Shown: positions 8,868 to 18,286 of the stretch, piece by piece | How positions within the stretch are numbered: position 1 is the first letter of the stretch | Layout of the letters: every line of letters starts with the position of its first letter | DNA from: Roseibacillus sp. | GTDB taxonomy: Bacteria; Verrucomicrobiota; Verrucomicrobiia; Verrucomicrobiales; Akkermansiaceae | NCBI GenBank assembly: GCA_051251855.1 | Contig: JBPOGI010000005.1 | Location: forward strand, 32,001-96,000 | Direction of reading: 5' to 3' | DNA: 64,000 nucleotides | Position numbers and translations under genes: made by a program | The notes under the pieces: model-generated | What the model saw: only the letters and a program-made list of their open reading frames with translations | Told to the model about the DNA's origin: nothing | Databases searched by the model: none

Positions 8868-9476
8868 GTGAAGAAAGGAAAGGGTGAGCGCAAAAAAGTC
8901 TACGCAGCGAAGCGGTTCGCGCGCGGGGCGATGGTGTGCCCATCCTGCCAGTATGTTTTAGAGGAGTCCTCAGAGAAGTGTGGCAAGTGCGGCTTCTCGG
9001 GACAGGTTGCGGTTGAAAAGTTCCCCTTTCCAGCTCCGCCTTTGGCGCCTGTAGTCGATCCGAGTAATTTTCTTTCTGGTGCGGAGAAGAGTTCAATCTC
9101 CAAGAAGGTGGCTAAGTTGCAAAAGCGTCTCCCGCAGGTTCGCTTTCTCAATTGTCTGGTGGCCTTGGGAGACGAGGTTAATTTGCGCGAATTCGGTTTT
9201 TGGCTTTTGAATGCAGGTCAGATGAAGGAGGGCGAGGGTGCGAAGAATTTTGCTGTTTTATTCCTGATCGACCCCAAGGAACGAGCGATGTCGGTGACGG
9301 TGGGTTACGGTTTGGATCCGCTCGTAATGGATACCGAATGGGTGCCTATTTGCGAGGGAAGTCGCGATCTTCTCTATCGGCAAAAATATGGAGAAGGAAT
9401 TGAGTTGTTCCTCAACGGTGCTTTTGACCTCCTTGCGGAACGAGCGTTGGCCCTACAGAAGGAGGTGAAAAAGTGA
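8868..9476 (+). CDS. TPM-domain-like protein with N-terminal zinc ribbon
   Basis: CPSC...CGKC; VVDPSNFLS; VLFLIDPKERAMSVTVGYGLD resembles the TPM/DUF477 'VGYGLE' motif. Confidence 0.75.
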   Translation: MKKGKGERKKVYAAKRFARGAMVCPSCQYVLEESSEKCGKCGFSGQVAVEKFPFPAPPLAPVVDPSNFLSGAEKSSISKKVAKLQKRLPQVRFLNCLVALGDEVNLREFGFWLLNAGQMKEGEGAKNFAVLFLIDPKERAMSVTVGYGLDPLVMDTEWVPICEGSRDLLYRQKYGEGIELFLNGAFDLLAERALALQKEVKK

Positions 9477-10216
9477 AAGCCCTCCGTATTATTCTAGGGC
9501 TTTTGTTTGTGTGGTTTTTGGTGGCTTCCTCGGCGGCGCTCGATCTGAAGACGCCGCCACCAAACGGGATTTATGATCCCAGTAATTTTCTGGGCGAGGA
9601 TTTCATCCAAGATGTAGCCTATCAGATTAGCTATGAAGAGCAGCACCGACAATTTGAGATTTTTCTGATTATTTTTGAGGAAGAGCCTTCTCAAGGGGCT
9701 TCTATTCTAGCGAAGCAAGCAGGCGAAAGCTGGTCTAAGGGAGAATGGTGGGCGGTAATTTACCAAGTGGGGGCCGAAGGGGAACCCGACTGTCTCGCCG
9801 GGGGTAAGTTGGTGAAGCAATTACCAGCTGATACGATTGATCGGACGGTGAAGGCTGCCCGCAATACCGCTCTATTGGTGAGGGCTCCCAAGCGCCGTTT
9901 GGAAGAGATGGTCACTAACCTCGCGGATGGTTTTGGCTTTCTCTATGTCAAAGCCAAGCAAAACTACGAAACGGCAGTAGAAGAATTTGATAAGCGACAG
10001 GAAGCGAAGCGCAAAAAGAAGGAAACGAGAATGGTATACCTGTCCTTGGCACTCGTATTTTTGTTAGCGCTTGCCGCAGTAGGTTTTTCGTTTTGGAAGA
10101 AGCATCTTCGTAAAATGAAGCCGATGGAATTTCCCCAAACGTCACCTCGTCGTCGCCTCGCTGCACCTTTTAGTGGAGGTGGGGATGTGCTGGTGAACTA
10201 TGGGAGAAAGCATTAG
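9473..10216 (+). CDS. Divergent TPM-like membrane protein
   Basis: Signal peptide, IYDPSNFL motif shared with the upstream gene, C-terminal TM followed by RRLAAPFSGGG. Confidence 0.6.
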   Translation: MKALRIILGLLFVWFLVASSAALDLKTPPPNGIYDPSNFLGEDFIQDVAYQISYEEQHRQFEIFLIIFEEEPSQGASILAKQAGESWSKGEWWAVIYQVGAEGEPDCLAGGKLVKQLPADTIDRTVKAARNTALLVRAPKRRLEEMVTNLADGFGFLYVKAKQNYETAVEEFDKRQEAKRKKKETRMVYLSLALVFLLALAAVGFSFWKKHLRKMKPMEFPQTSPRRRLAAPFSGGGDVLVNYGRKH

Positions 10217-10241
10217 CCTTTTCCCGTTACCCCCCATTGAT

Positions 10242-10967
10242 ATGAAGACTGCTTTCCACATGTCGTTGCTGCTGACGGCCCTATTTTTTGCGGCTTGCCG
10301 TGAGAAGACCGAATCACCTAAAGAGTCTTCCATCGACCAAGTGCGCTTTACTCCGCAAGAAGGGGAGAAGTGGGTCTATAAGGTGGAGATTAGCCTCGAT
10401 CCAACCGCGCGAGTCCCTTCGGGGGTGATTGATGCAGGCCCTGAGGGGAGTGAATCTACTTATCAAAAGGAGAGAGTTTATCTAGGGCAGCGGCCTGTAA
10501 AAGAGGGCAGCAAGGAGATGGCCCATTGCTTCGAAATCTCGAAAAATGGTCGGAAGCAGGAACAAGAATTCAGTCTCATTAACGGGGAGGGGATTCTGTC
10601 GCGCGCGTGGCAGGAGGCGGGAAAGGAGCGCATCATTATGGATCCCATTTTGTTGGTGCCAGCGAAGAAGGTTCCTGGAGCGGTGTGGGATGCTAGCTTA
10701 CCAAACCCTAATGATCCGGGAGGGCCCCCGATGTTCTATCGACGGTTTCACTACTACGGAATCGAGGAGATACAGGTGATGGGGCAACCTCGCCGAGCGC
10801 ACCGAGTGAAGGTCCTCGGGAAGACGGGGCCTCTTCAGCTCCAACGTGACTTTTGGTTTGTCGATCAACTGGGATTCGTGAAAGAGCGAAAGGCTTATTA
10901 CTCGGAAGAGAGTCGATTGGCTCTTGTGGAGGAGTCTCTCGTGGAGCATGTGAGGCCAGAGAAGTAA
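10242..10967 (+). CDS. Hypothetical lipoprotein
   Basis: MKTAFHMSLLLTALFFAAC lipobox, beta-rich body, C-terminal WF...LGFVKE. Confidence 0.7.
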   Translation: MKTAFHMSLLLTALFFAACREKTESPKESSIDQVRFTPQEGEKWVYKVEISLDPTARVPSGVIDAGPEGSESTYQKERVYLGQRPVKEGSKEMAHCFEISKNGRKQEQEFSLINGEGILSRAWQEAGKERIIMDPILLVPAKKVPGAVWDASLPNPNDPGGPPMFYRRFHYYGIEEIQVMGQPRRAHRVKVLGKTGPLQLQRDFWFVDQLGFVKERKAYYSEESRLALVEESLVEHVRPEK

Positions 10968-10979
10968 GGGTGCGAACCA

Positions 10980-11921
10980 TTAGGCCAAGTCTCGGGCCTT
11001 TGTCTCCAAGGCTTGGAAAAAGTCTTTTCCGAGGGGGGGGAGATCGAGAGCATCAATAGCAGCATCGTAGTCTGCGAGATTCTTTGCGCCGAGACAGATG
11101 CTATCGTGGGCAGGATGATCGAGCACCCAGCGGATCGCTGCTTGTGCCATGGTGTAGCCCTCGGGCAAATCTTCAGCTAAGGAAGCATAGTGAGAAAGGT
11201 CCTTGCCGGCTAGGTGCTGGCTACGATTGTCATTGGAATCCCACTGGGGCTGTTGGGCAAAATACTTTCCGCTCAAGCGGCCTTGCGAGAGGACTCCGCG
11301 AACTTGAGTCCCGATATCATGGTGTTGGCAGAAGGCGGTGAGTTCGCTCGCAGGTTCGAGGAGGCTGCTTGGAAATTGCAGGACGTCTAGCAGGTCCTCT
11401 TGATGAAGAGCTTTCGTCATTTCGAGGCACCCAGTCGAAATACCAAAAAAGCGAATCTTTCCAGCTTGGCGCGCCCCCTCGAGAATTTCGCGAGCCTCGG
11501 CGAGGTCATCGATATCGGGGGCGCAGTGGTAGAGGTAGATGTCGATGTGGTCCGTTTGTAGACGGTCGAGGGATCCCTCAAGACTCGCTAGGATGGTGGG
11601 TGGGCTGGAGTCATCAATTCGGGTGACTCCAGGCCCGACGCGGTAGCCGAATTTGGTAGAAATGATCCATTGACCACGTTGACCCTTGAGGGCTTCCCCT
11701 GTGCGACGTTCCGCTTCTCCTGCGCCATATTGCTCAGCGGTATCGATAAAGTTGAGACCACGATCACCCAACTCTTGAATCATGCGGATGGAGTTTTCTT
11801 TGCCAGGGTCGGGATGCCCGTCGGGTTTATCGTCAAAGTTCACCGGGCCGGCCAGTTGCCACGTCCCCACGCAAAGGGGAGAGACTTGCAGGCCCGTTTT
11901 TCCTAAGGTTCTTGATTTCAT
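10980..11921 (-). CDS. Aldo/keto reductase
   Basis: Start MKSRTLGKTGLQVS; FIDTAEQYG, ISTKFG, SLDRLQTDHIDIYLYH. Confidence 0.93.
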   Translation of the reverse strand: MKSRTLGKTGLQVSPLCVGTWQLAGPVNFDDKPDGHPDPGKENSIRMIQELGDRGLNFIDTAEQYGAGEAERRTGEALKGQRGQWIISTKFGYRVGPGVTRIDDSSPPTILASLEGSLDRLQTDHIDIYLYHCAPDIDDLAEAREILEGARQAGKIRFFGISTGCLEMTKALHQEDLLDVLQFPSSLLEPASELTAFCQHHDIGTQVRGVLSQGRLSGKYFAQQPQWDSNDNRSQHLAGKDLSHYASLAEDLPEGYTMAQAAIRWVLDHPAHDSICLGAKNLADYDAAIDALDLPPLGKDFFQALETKARDLA

Positions 11922-11973
11922 TGTGGGAGAAGAGTGGCAGGAGAATGGGCTTGGGGAAATAGGGAAAGCGAGC

Positions 11974-12387
11974 TTAGGAAGGTTCCACGTTTTTCTTGAG
12001 GCTGAACCTGCCGAGGATGGTGTAGAGGGCGCAGGGGAGGCCAAAGACGAGAAAGAACATCAGCGCCTCGGCGAGGTCGTTGCTTGAACTCGTTAATGGA
12101 TCGGGGGTGGAGAAGGCTTGTTTGAAAAGGATGTAACCGGTGGTGTAGGCAACGACACCAGTGACGATTCTGATCACGTGGGGCACGCCCCAAAGAGAGA
12201 GGAGGCTAGCGAGTAGAACCGTCTCAAGAAGTGCGGTCCTAGTAAGGTCCATGCCGTCGTTGGAAGGATTGGGATAGGTGCAAGTAGAGGCGAAAAAAAG
12301 CATGAACAAAACCAAAAAGGGAGAGAGCGTCCAGCGAGCAAAGCGACTGGGACCCTTTTCGAAAACGGCTTGGATGGCCCTCATCAT
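11974..12387 (-). CDS. Hypothetical membrane protein
   Basis: Several hydrophobic helices. Translationally coupled to the tsaB stop. Confidence 0.6.
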   Translation of the reverse strand: MMRAIQAVFEKGPSRFARWTLSPFLVLFMLFFASTCTYPNPSNDGMDLTRTALLETVLLASLLSLWGVPHVIRIVTGVVAYTTGYILFKQAFSTPDPLTSSSNDLAEALMFFLVFGLPCALYTILGRFSLKKNVEPS

Positions 12388-13052
12388 CGTTCGAGAAGCG
12401 ATTTGCGTTTGCCGATAGTGATGTGGGGATCGCGAAGGTAGAAGGGTTCTGCAGGAGTTGCTGTGAGAGTCGCTCTTTCTGAGGAAGGCCTTTCGGCAAA
12501 AGACTTCGCTAGTTTTCCAGCCTGCGATTGCCGAAATTGAATTACGGCCTGAAGTTCGTTGCTGATCGGAAAGCGCTCAGGAGGGTCGAAGGAGAAGACT
12601 TCGGTGCCTTCTTGAGCGCATTCGTGAATCCGAGTCGAAAGCTCTTCCGATTCCACGAGTGAAAATTCACCTTCGATACGTCCTCGGACTACTTTCTGTA
12701 GGGAGAAGCTCTTCCGTCTCGCATCGCCGATGGCTAGCGCATTCTCGGTGGCGGGGGTCACTCCTTCGAATGAACAAAGAGGAGCTACTCCGCAGTTGTG
12801 GACCATGGCGATCCCTTGGGCGGCGGCGATGCCGATTCGCGAGCCATTGTAGCTCCCCGGGCCAATGCCCACGATGATGGCGTCTAGGTTTTTGACCTCG
12901 CCCATCACCTCTTCTAACGCGGGCCAGAGAGTGGCTGAGGGCTTTCGACCGGCGAGAAATGTGCGCTCCAGCACGATGCCGCCCTCTTGCCACAGAGCCA
13001 CCGAACCGTTAGCGACACTGGTCTCGATGGCGAGGAAGGAGTCGTTACTCAT
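12384..13052 (-). CDS. tsaB: tRNA threonylcarbamoyladenosine biosynthesis protein TsaB
   Basis: Start MSNDSFLAIETS; VGIGPGSYNGSRIG; DARR; terminal P.YLR. Confidence 0.92.
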   Translation of the reverse strand: MSNDSFLAIETSVANGSVALWQEGGIVLERTFLAGRKPSATLWPALEEVMGEVKNLDAIIVGIGPGSYNGSRIGIAAAQGIAMVHNCGVAPLCSFEGVTPATENALAIGDARRKSFSLQKVVRGRIEGEFSLVESEELSTRIHECAQEGTEVFSFDPPERFPISNELQAVIQFRQSQAGKLAKSFAERPSSERATLTATPAEPFYLRDPHITIGKRKSLLER

Positions 13053-13154
13053 GGGAGGGAAATAGAAGAGAGTGAAAGGAAAGAAAAGAAGAGCTTGAAA
13101 GTCTCGCCAGACTTCGGCATTTTTCTGCCGCACCGTGAGTGACACGGAGCTTAT

Positions 13155-13230
13155 GCAGGCTTAGCTCAGTTGGTAGAGCAACTGGTTTACACCCAGTAGG
13201 TCGGCGGTTCAAGCCCGTCAGCCTGCACCA
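13155..13230 (+). tRNA. tRNA-Val(TAC)
   Basis: 76 nt. Acceptor GCAGGCT/AGCCTGC + ACCA, D-arm AGCTCAGTTGGTAGAGC, anticodon arm ACTGG-TTTACAC-CCAGT, T-loop GGTTCAAGCC. Confidence 0.97.
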
Positions 13231-13354
13231 TTTTTCCTTTTGCGCCAGTGTCGCAGGGGAGCGGGAGTCTGATTTTACAGCTCCTTCTTGCGTGGAATAT
13301 CAGAGAACTCCTGTGATTGGAGCTAGAGCTGATCGTTTTTAGGGGCGACTTGCA

Positions 13355-14425
13355 CTACAGTAGCTCGTCGGGAAGGAAGGCGGAGAGCTTTTTGATGGCG
13401 TCGGCTTGGTGGCGATTGGCCACTAGGAGGGCATCGCCGGTTTGCACTACGATGAGGTCGTCGACGCCGAGAAGGGCGATTTTGATGCCCTTTTGGTCGT
13501 TGAAGACGATGTTGTTCTCAGAGTCGATGAGGGCGAGTTCGCTATTGGTAGCATTGTTGTCACCCTGTTGGGTGAGGTATTTAGCGACTGAGATCCACGA
13601 GCCGACATCGTCCCAATCGAAGTTGGCTTCAATATTGAGCACGCGCTCGGCGTTTTCCATGAGGGCGTAGTCGATGGAGATGGGGGTGAGTTCGGGAAAT
13701 TGAGCAGCGACGGTGGCTTGAATATCGCTCGATTTGCAGAGCTCTTGCACAAAGTGGCGCAATTCGGGTGCGTGCTTTTCGAGCTGAGCGAGGACGGTGG
13801 GAACGGACCAGATGAACATGCCGGCGTTCCAAGCGAAGTTGCCGGCGGCGAGGAATTTTTCAGCGAGGTCGGGTGCGGGCTTTTCTCGGAAGCAGGTGAC
13901 TTCGTAGGGAGTGTTCTCGACATTGCAGCCGGTGACGGTGGCCTTTCCACCTCGCTCGATATAGCCATAGCTGGGGCAGGCCCAAGTCGGCTTGATGCCT
14001 ACGGTGACGAGGGCATCGGTATTGGCAGCGACCTCGACAGCATCGCGCATCACTTGCTGATAGGCGCCGGTGTCTTGGATGAGTTGATCGGCAGGGAGTA
14101 CCATCATAGTGGCCTCAGGGTCGCGGGCGGCGATGAGGCCAATACCGAGGGCAACGGCTGGGGCGGTATCGCGCTTGGCGGGCTCGGCAAAGATGTTCTC
14201 CGCAGGGAGCATGGAGGCCACTTCACGGGTTTTGTCCTCTTGGATGGCATTGGTGAGAATAAAGATGTTTTCGTGGGGGACGAGGCCTTCGAGGCGAGAG
14301 ATGGTTTGCTCGAGCAGGGTGCCGTCGCCGAAGAGATCAAGGAGCTGCTTGGGCTGGCTATTACGGGAAAGGGGCCAAAATCGGGTTCCGGAGCCGCCGG
14401 CGAGGATGAGAGCATAGTTCGACAT
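13355..14425 (-). CDS. manC: Mannose-1-phosphate guanylyltransferase
   Basis: LAGGSGTRFWPLSR..PKQ, EP..RDTAPA, F.EKP, WNAGMF, ISIDYALME, WDDVGSW. Confidence 0.93.
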   Translation of the reverse strand: MSNYALILAGGSGTRFWPLSRNSQPKQLLDLFGDGTLLEQTISRLEGLVPHENIFILTNAIQEDKTREVASMLPAENIFAEPAKRDTAPAVALGIGLIAARDPEATMMVLPADQLIQDTGAYQQVMRDAVEVAANTDALVTVGIKPTWACPSYGYIERGGKATVTGCNVENTPYEVTCFREKPAPDLAEKFLAAGNFAWNAGMFIWSVPTVLAQLEKHAPELRHFVQELCKSSDIQATVAAQFPELTPISIDYALMENAERVLNIEANFDWDDVGSWISVAKYLTQQGDNNATNSELALIDSENNIVFNDQKGIKIALLGVDDLIVVQTGDALLVANRHQADAIKKLSAFLPDELL

Positions 14426-14522
14426 GCGGCGGATACTACAGGAATCCTAAGGATTTTGAAGGCTGAATGTCAGGAGTTATTTTTGAGATTTTGCGAAGCT
14501 CTTTTTTGAAGTAGAGTGCGGG

Positions 14523-14843
14523 ATGGCTATCGAAGAGCAAAGAAAAGTGGTGAGTCCTTGGGCAGAGACAACGGCGGACGTGGGTTCTGCCGTGTTGGGT
14601 GCTGCAGTGGGAATCGTAGTTGGAGATTTGATTAAGGAAGAGGCGCGCAAGCCTGTAGCCTTTGTCGTGGCCTGTTTGGGCATCGCGGCGATTGTACCTG
14701 CAGTCGTTGATGGTGTGAGAGAAGTGGTTGCGGGACCCAATACCCGCCGGGGCGTGAAGCGGACCTTACGCTCTATTCGTGATGCGGGAGTGAGCACGCG
14801 CCAAGGCGACTTGGTGGCGGAAGACGAGATGTTTGTGGGTTAG
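14523..14843 (+). CDS. Hypothetical small membrane protein
   Basis: Two hydrophobic helices and a basic tail (RRGVKRTLRSIRD). Lies directly upstream of rfbA. Confidence 0.65.
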   Translation: MAIEEQRKVVSPWAETTADVGSAVLGAAVGIVVGDLIKEEARKPVAFVVACLGIAAIVPAVVDGVREVVAGPNTRRGVKRTLRSIRDAGVSTRQGDLVAEDEMFVG

Positions 14844-14856
14844 ATTTGCGGACGCC

Positions 14857-15735
14857 ATGATTCGCAAAGGCGTCATTCTGGCAGGGGGGAAGGGAACGCG
14901 TCTCGATCCACTGACGCGGGCGATCTCGAAACAGCTGCTACCGGTCTATGATAAGCCGATGGTTTGTTATCCGCTTTCTTTGCTGATGCGGTGCGGCATC
15001 CGGGAGGTGCTTGTGGTGACGAGTGAGGAGTGGGTGTCCAGCTACCGTCGGGTGTTGGGCGATGGTTCACAGTGGGGGATGCAGATCGATTTTGCGGAGC
15101 AAGAGGAGGCAGTGGGTGTGCCGGATGGTTTGGTGGTGGCGGAGGATTGGCTGGCGGGAGAGGGTTGTTGCTTTATCCTGGGGGATAATTTATTTTTCGG
15201 GAATTTGGATCCGATTCGGAAGGCGATGATGTTACAGGCAGGTGGATGTATTTTTGCGATTCCGGCTCGTGAACCTGAACGGTTCGGGATCGTTGAACTG
15301 GGCGAACAGGGTAAGGTCCTGTCTTTGGAAGAAAAGCCCGAGAAGCCGCGCAGTGATTTGGCGATTCCAGGAATTTACTTTTTTGATGGCTCAGTCGTTG
15401 AGCGAGCGAGGAATCTGGATGTGTCCCCTCGGGGAGAGACGGAGATTTGTGATTTGATGGAGAGCTACCGTAAGGATGGGGAGCTGAATTGTCGGCGTCT
15501 CGGTCGTGGTTTCGTTTGGTTAGACGCGGGTACCACTGAGGCGCTGTTAGAAGCAGGAAATTTGGTGGCGACTCTGGAAAAGAGAATGGGCTTTGAGGTG
15601 GCGTGTCTGGAGGAGATTGCTTGGCGAGAAAACTGGATCAGCGACGAGCAGTTGCGTGAGGTTGCAAACGCGCAGGTTAATCCTCAGCGGAGACGTTACT
15701 TGAAGAGTATTCTGCAAAAGACTTCGTCTCACTAG
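14857..15735 (+). CDS. rfbA: Glucose-1-phosphate thymidylyltransferase
   Basis: GVILAGGKGTRL.PLT..ISKQLLPVYDKPM, LGDNLF, EEKP, SPRGE.EI, LGRGF.WLDAGT. Confidence 0.93.
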   Translation: MIRKGVILAGGKGTRLDPLTRAISKQLLPVYDKPMVCYPLSLLMRCGIREVLVVTSEEWVSSYRRVLGDGSQWGMQIDFAEQEEAVGVPDGLVVAEDWLAGEGCCFILGDNLFFGNLDPIRKAMMLQAGGCIFAIPAREPERFGIVELGEQGKVLSLEEKPEKPRSDLAIPGIYFFDGSVVERARNLDVSPRGETEICDLMESYRKDGELNCRRLGRGFVWLDAGTTEALLEAGNLVATLEKRMGFEVACLEEIAWRENWISDEQLREVANAQVNPQRRRYLKSILQKTSSH

Positions 15736-15748
15736 GCTCTCTCAAGGG

Positions 15749-16618
15749 CTACTCGAGACGCCAAGTGCGCACCCAATCGTATTTGGTGGTGCGTTGTTCC
15801 CAAGTGCCGCTTTCGACCATGCCTCCGTCAGCTGGAAGTGGATTCCAGTCGTAGGTTTCGATAGCCATTTGAATGAAAGCGGGAACATCCCATTCTATTG
15901 GAGCCTTGATAGAATAGACGTATTCGCCATCGAGGAAGAATTGTACTTCGTGCGGTGATTTCCACCAGGCTCCATAGACATAGAAGCGTTCGTGATTCTT
16001 GGTGGAGGTATATTTCTGACCTTGAATCTGAACCTTTTCGGGATTGTGGCGGTTGACACGGTGAATGAGGTTGGAATGAAAAATTTGGTCCCAGTTCTTC
16101 ACCCAGCTCTCAGCATGGGGGCTCATCTTTCCAACACACTCTTGGATGTCGAGTTCGAGCTTCTTCTTGTGGTTACCTTTGGTCATGAGCCAGAAGGTGG
16201 AGGACATTTCGGTGGCATTTGCCTTCATACGGCACTCGAAATACCAACCGAGTTTGCCGGGATGGAGGGAGCGGACAATGGCACCTTGGTGGGTGAAGTG
16301 AGACTTCTTGGTGGAGTAGGGCTTAGGAAGCTTGCTGACGGTCACGTTCATCATGTCGCCTTTGACGACCACATTTTCAGAGCGAAAGAGAGCGGGAGGC
16401 CGCCCAATCCATGTCCATCCATTTCCGGTGGGTTCTGATTGCCATTTTTTTAGGTCCAAAGAGGAGCCACGAAATTCGTCTGAGAGCTCTGGAACCTTCA
16501 CCCAAGTCTTCTGAGATGGTTTGGGGTCGTGCTTCGGTTGGAAGAAAGGCTGGTTTTGGGCGAGTCCTGACTGAAGGGAGACAAAAAGTAAAACGATGAT
16601 GGCAGCACGGTGAAGCAT
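15749..16618 (-). CDS. Secreted glycoside hydrolase family 16 (beta-porphyranase/agarase-like)
   Basis: Signal peptide, LSDEF, SSTFWL, catalytic ELDIQE, VYG.WW, YDWVRTW. Substrate assignment is inferred. Confidence 0.85.
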   Translation of the reverse strand: MLHRAAIIVLLFVSLQSGLAQNQPFFQPKHDPKPSQKTWVKVPELSDEFRGSSLDLKKWQSEPTGNGWTWIGRPPALFRSENVVVKGDMMNVTVSKLPKPYSTKKSHFTHQGAIVRSLHPGKLGWYFECRMKANATEMSSTFWLMTKGNHKKKLELDIQECVGKMSPHAESWVKNWDQIFHSNLIHRVNRHNPEKVQIQGQKYTSTKNHERFYVYGAWWKSPHEVQFFLDGEYVYSIKAPIEWDVPAFIQMAIETYDWNPLPADGGMVESGTWEQRTTKYDWVRTWRLE

Positions 16619-16686
16619 AGTATTTTCGGGAGAAAATTAAGATTTTTGCTAGCTACGGAAGGAGGGTACTTTGTTTTTCATTCGAT

Positions 16687-17682
16687 TCATGACGAGGAGG
16701 CGTTGACGTCAACGACGACGCGTCCACGAGTTTTACCGGCGAGGATGTCTTTCCCTAAAGTGGGAATGTCGCTCAGAGATGCGGAATGAATCATTTCTTC
16801 GAGTTTGTTGAGTGGGAGGTCGGCGGCCAGGCGCTGCCAGGCGGTCTGTCGCCGTTCGAAGGGTTGCATCACGCTATCGATTCCTAACAGGTTCACGCCT
16901 CTCAGGAGAAAAGGCACGAGAGAGGCGGGTAAAGAGGAGCCTGCCGCGAGTCCGACTGCAGCAGCTGAAGCACCGTATTGCAGTTGTCCGAGCACTCGCG
17001 CCAACATATCTCCCCCTACGGCATCGATGCAGCCTGCCCAGGTTGCGGATTCGAGTGGTCTCTTGGAGAGTGAAGCTAATTCTTCCCGGGGGAGAATGCG
17101 AGTGGCTCCCAGATGGGTGAGGTAGTCAGATGAAGCGGGGCTCCCGGTGACGGCCGCGACTTTGTAACCGAGTTTGGCGAGAATGGCGGTGGCAATGGAG
17201 CCAACTCCACCAGTGGCTCCGGTGACGAGGACTTCTCCTTGGGTAGGGGTGAGCCCATGTTCCTCCAGCGCGATGATGGCGAGCATGGCAGCAAATCCTG
17301 CGGTGCCGATGGCCATGGCTTGTCGCGAGGAGAGGCCTTGGGGGAGAGGGACGAGCCAATCGGCGTTGACTCGAGCCTTTTGCGAGAAGCCACCCCAGTA
17401 ACGTTCGCCGACTCCCCAACCAGTGAGAACGACTGAGTCGCCGGATTGGTATCGTGGATCTTCGGAGTGTTCGACGGTTCCTGCGAAGTCGATACCAGGA
17501 ACGTGGGGATAATTACGGACGAGAGGATTGTTAGGTTGCAGGCAGAGCCCGTCCTTATAGTTGAGGTTAGAGTATTCGATGGCGACGGTGACGTTGCCAT
17601 CGGGGAGTTGGTCTTCCCGGAGTTGTTGAACGGTGGCGTTATCGGGGCCGTCTTTTTGAACGAGAATGGCGTTGAAGGGCAT
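16687..17682 (-). CDS. acuI: Acrylyl-CoA reductase AcuI/YhdH (MDR family)
   Basis: LNYKDGL, PGIDFAGTV, AMAIGTAGF, VLVTGATGGVGS, PFLLRGVNLLGIDSV. Confidence 0.9.
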   Translation of the reverse strand: MPFNAILVQKDGPDNATVQQLREDQLPDGNVTVAIEYSNLNYKDGLCLQPNNPLVRNYPHVPGIDFAGTVEHSEDPRYQSGDSVVLTGWGVGERYWGGFSQKARVNADWLVPLPQGLSSRQAMAIGTAGFAAMLAIIALEEHGLTPTQGEVLVTGATGGVGSIATAILAKLGYKVAAVTGSPASSDYLTHLGATRILPREELASLSKRPLESATWAGCIDAVGGDMLARVLGQLQYGASAAAVGLAAGSSLPASLVPFLLRGVNLLGIDSVMQPFERRQTAWQRLAADLPLNKLEEMIHSASLSDIPTLGKDILAGKTRGRVVVDVNASSS

Positions 17683-17721
17683 GGTGAAAAGGAGAAGTGA
17701 GGAGAAAAGATGAAGCGGCTG

Positions 17722-18165
17722 TTAGGCTGGGTTTTCCCAGTGGGAGGCAACTATTTGAGCCTGCTGAGCGAGAGCCGACTTTTCGTCTTCATTGAATTCG
17801 TAGGGTTGAATCATACCGATGCCAAGAGTGCCGATAACGGTTTGGTCTTTTGTGGAAAAAATAGGCACGGCGAGCGAGCCCGAGACCTTGGTGTCTCGTG
17901 CGCCTTCCTTGGCTACGCCGCCGAGGTCTTTTTGAAGGTTACAGAGTTCCACTGGTTCGCGGGTGGCAGCAGCTGCTCCGGCGATTCCTTTGCCAAAGGG
18001 GATATTGTCGATGACGGAGAGGAGGTGCTCAGGGACTCCTAAAGAGGCAATGAGTTGCAGGGTTTCGCTATCTTGGGAGCGATGGAGAGTGCCGGTTTGG
18101 CAATTGAATTGAGTGGCGACTTTGGATAGCCAGGCCGTTGGGTCTTCGGAGGGGGAAGTTTGCAT
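17722..18165 (-). CDS. Stand-alone GAF domain protein
   Basis: IPFGKGIAG.AA..REPV, SLAVPI, GTLGIG. Confidence 0.85.
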   Translation of the reverse strand: MQTSPSEDPTAWLSKVATQFNCQTGTLHRSQDSETLQLIASLGVPEHLLSVIDNIPFGKGIAGAAAATREPVELCNLQKDLGGVAKEGARDTKVSGSLAVPIFSTKDQTVIGTLGIGMIQPYEFNEDEKSALAQQAQIVASHWENPA

Positions 18166-18286
18166 AAAGAGATTAAAGCAGAGGGAAGGTAGGGAGGAAA
18201 GCCGCCTCTTTGCGAGGCGCCCGGGGAGTTGTTGGCACGATTGCTTCGTGAGTGTGGTTAGATAGCAGGGCAGTCTTCAGTTCTCG

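Noticed and set aside
13155..13354. tRNA-Val as an integration site for an island or prophage
   Set aside because: No integrase nearby, no duplicate of the tRNA 3' end noticed in the window, and the flanks are housekeeping genes.
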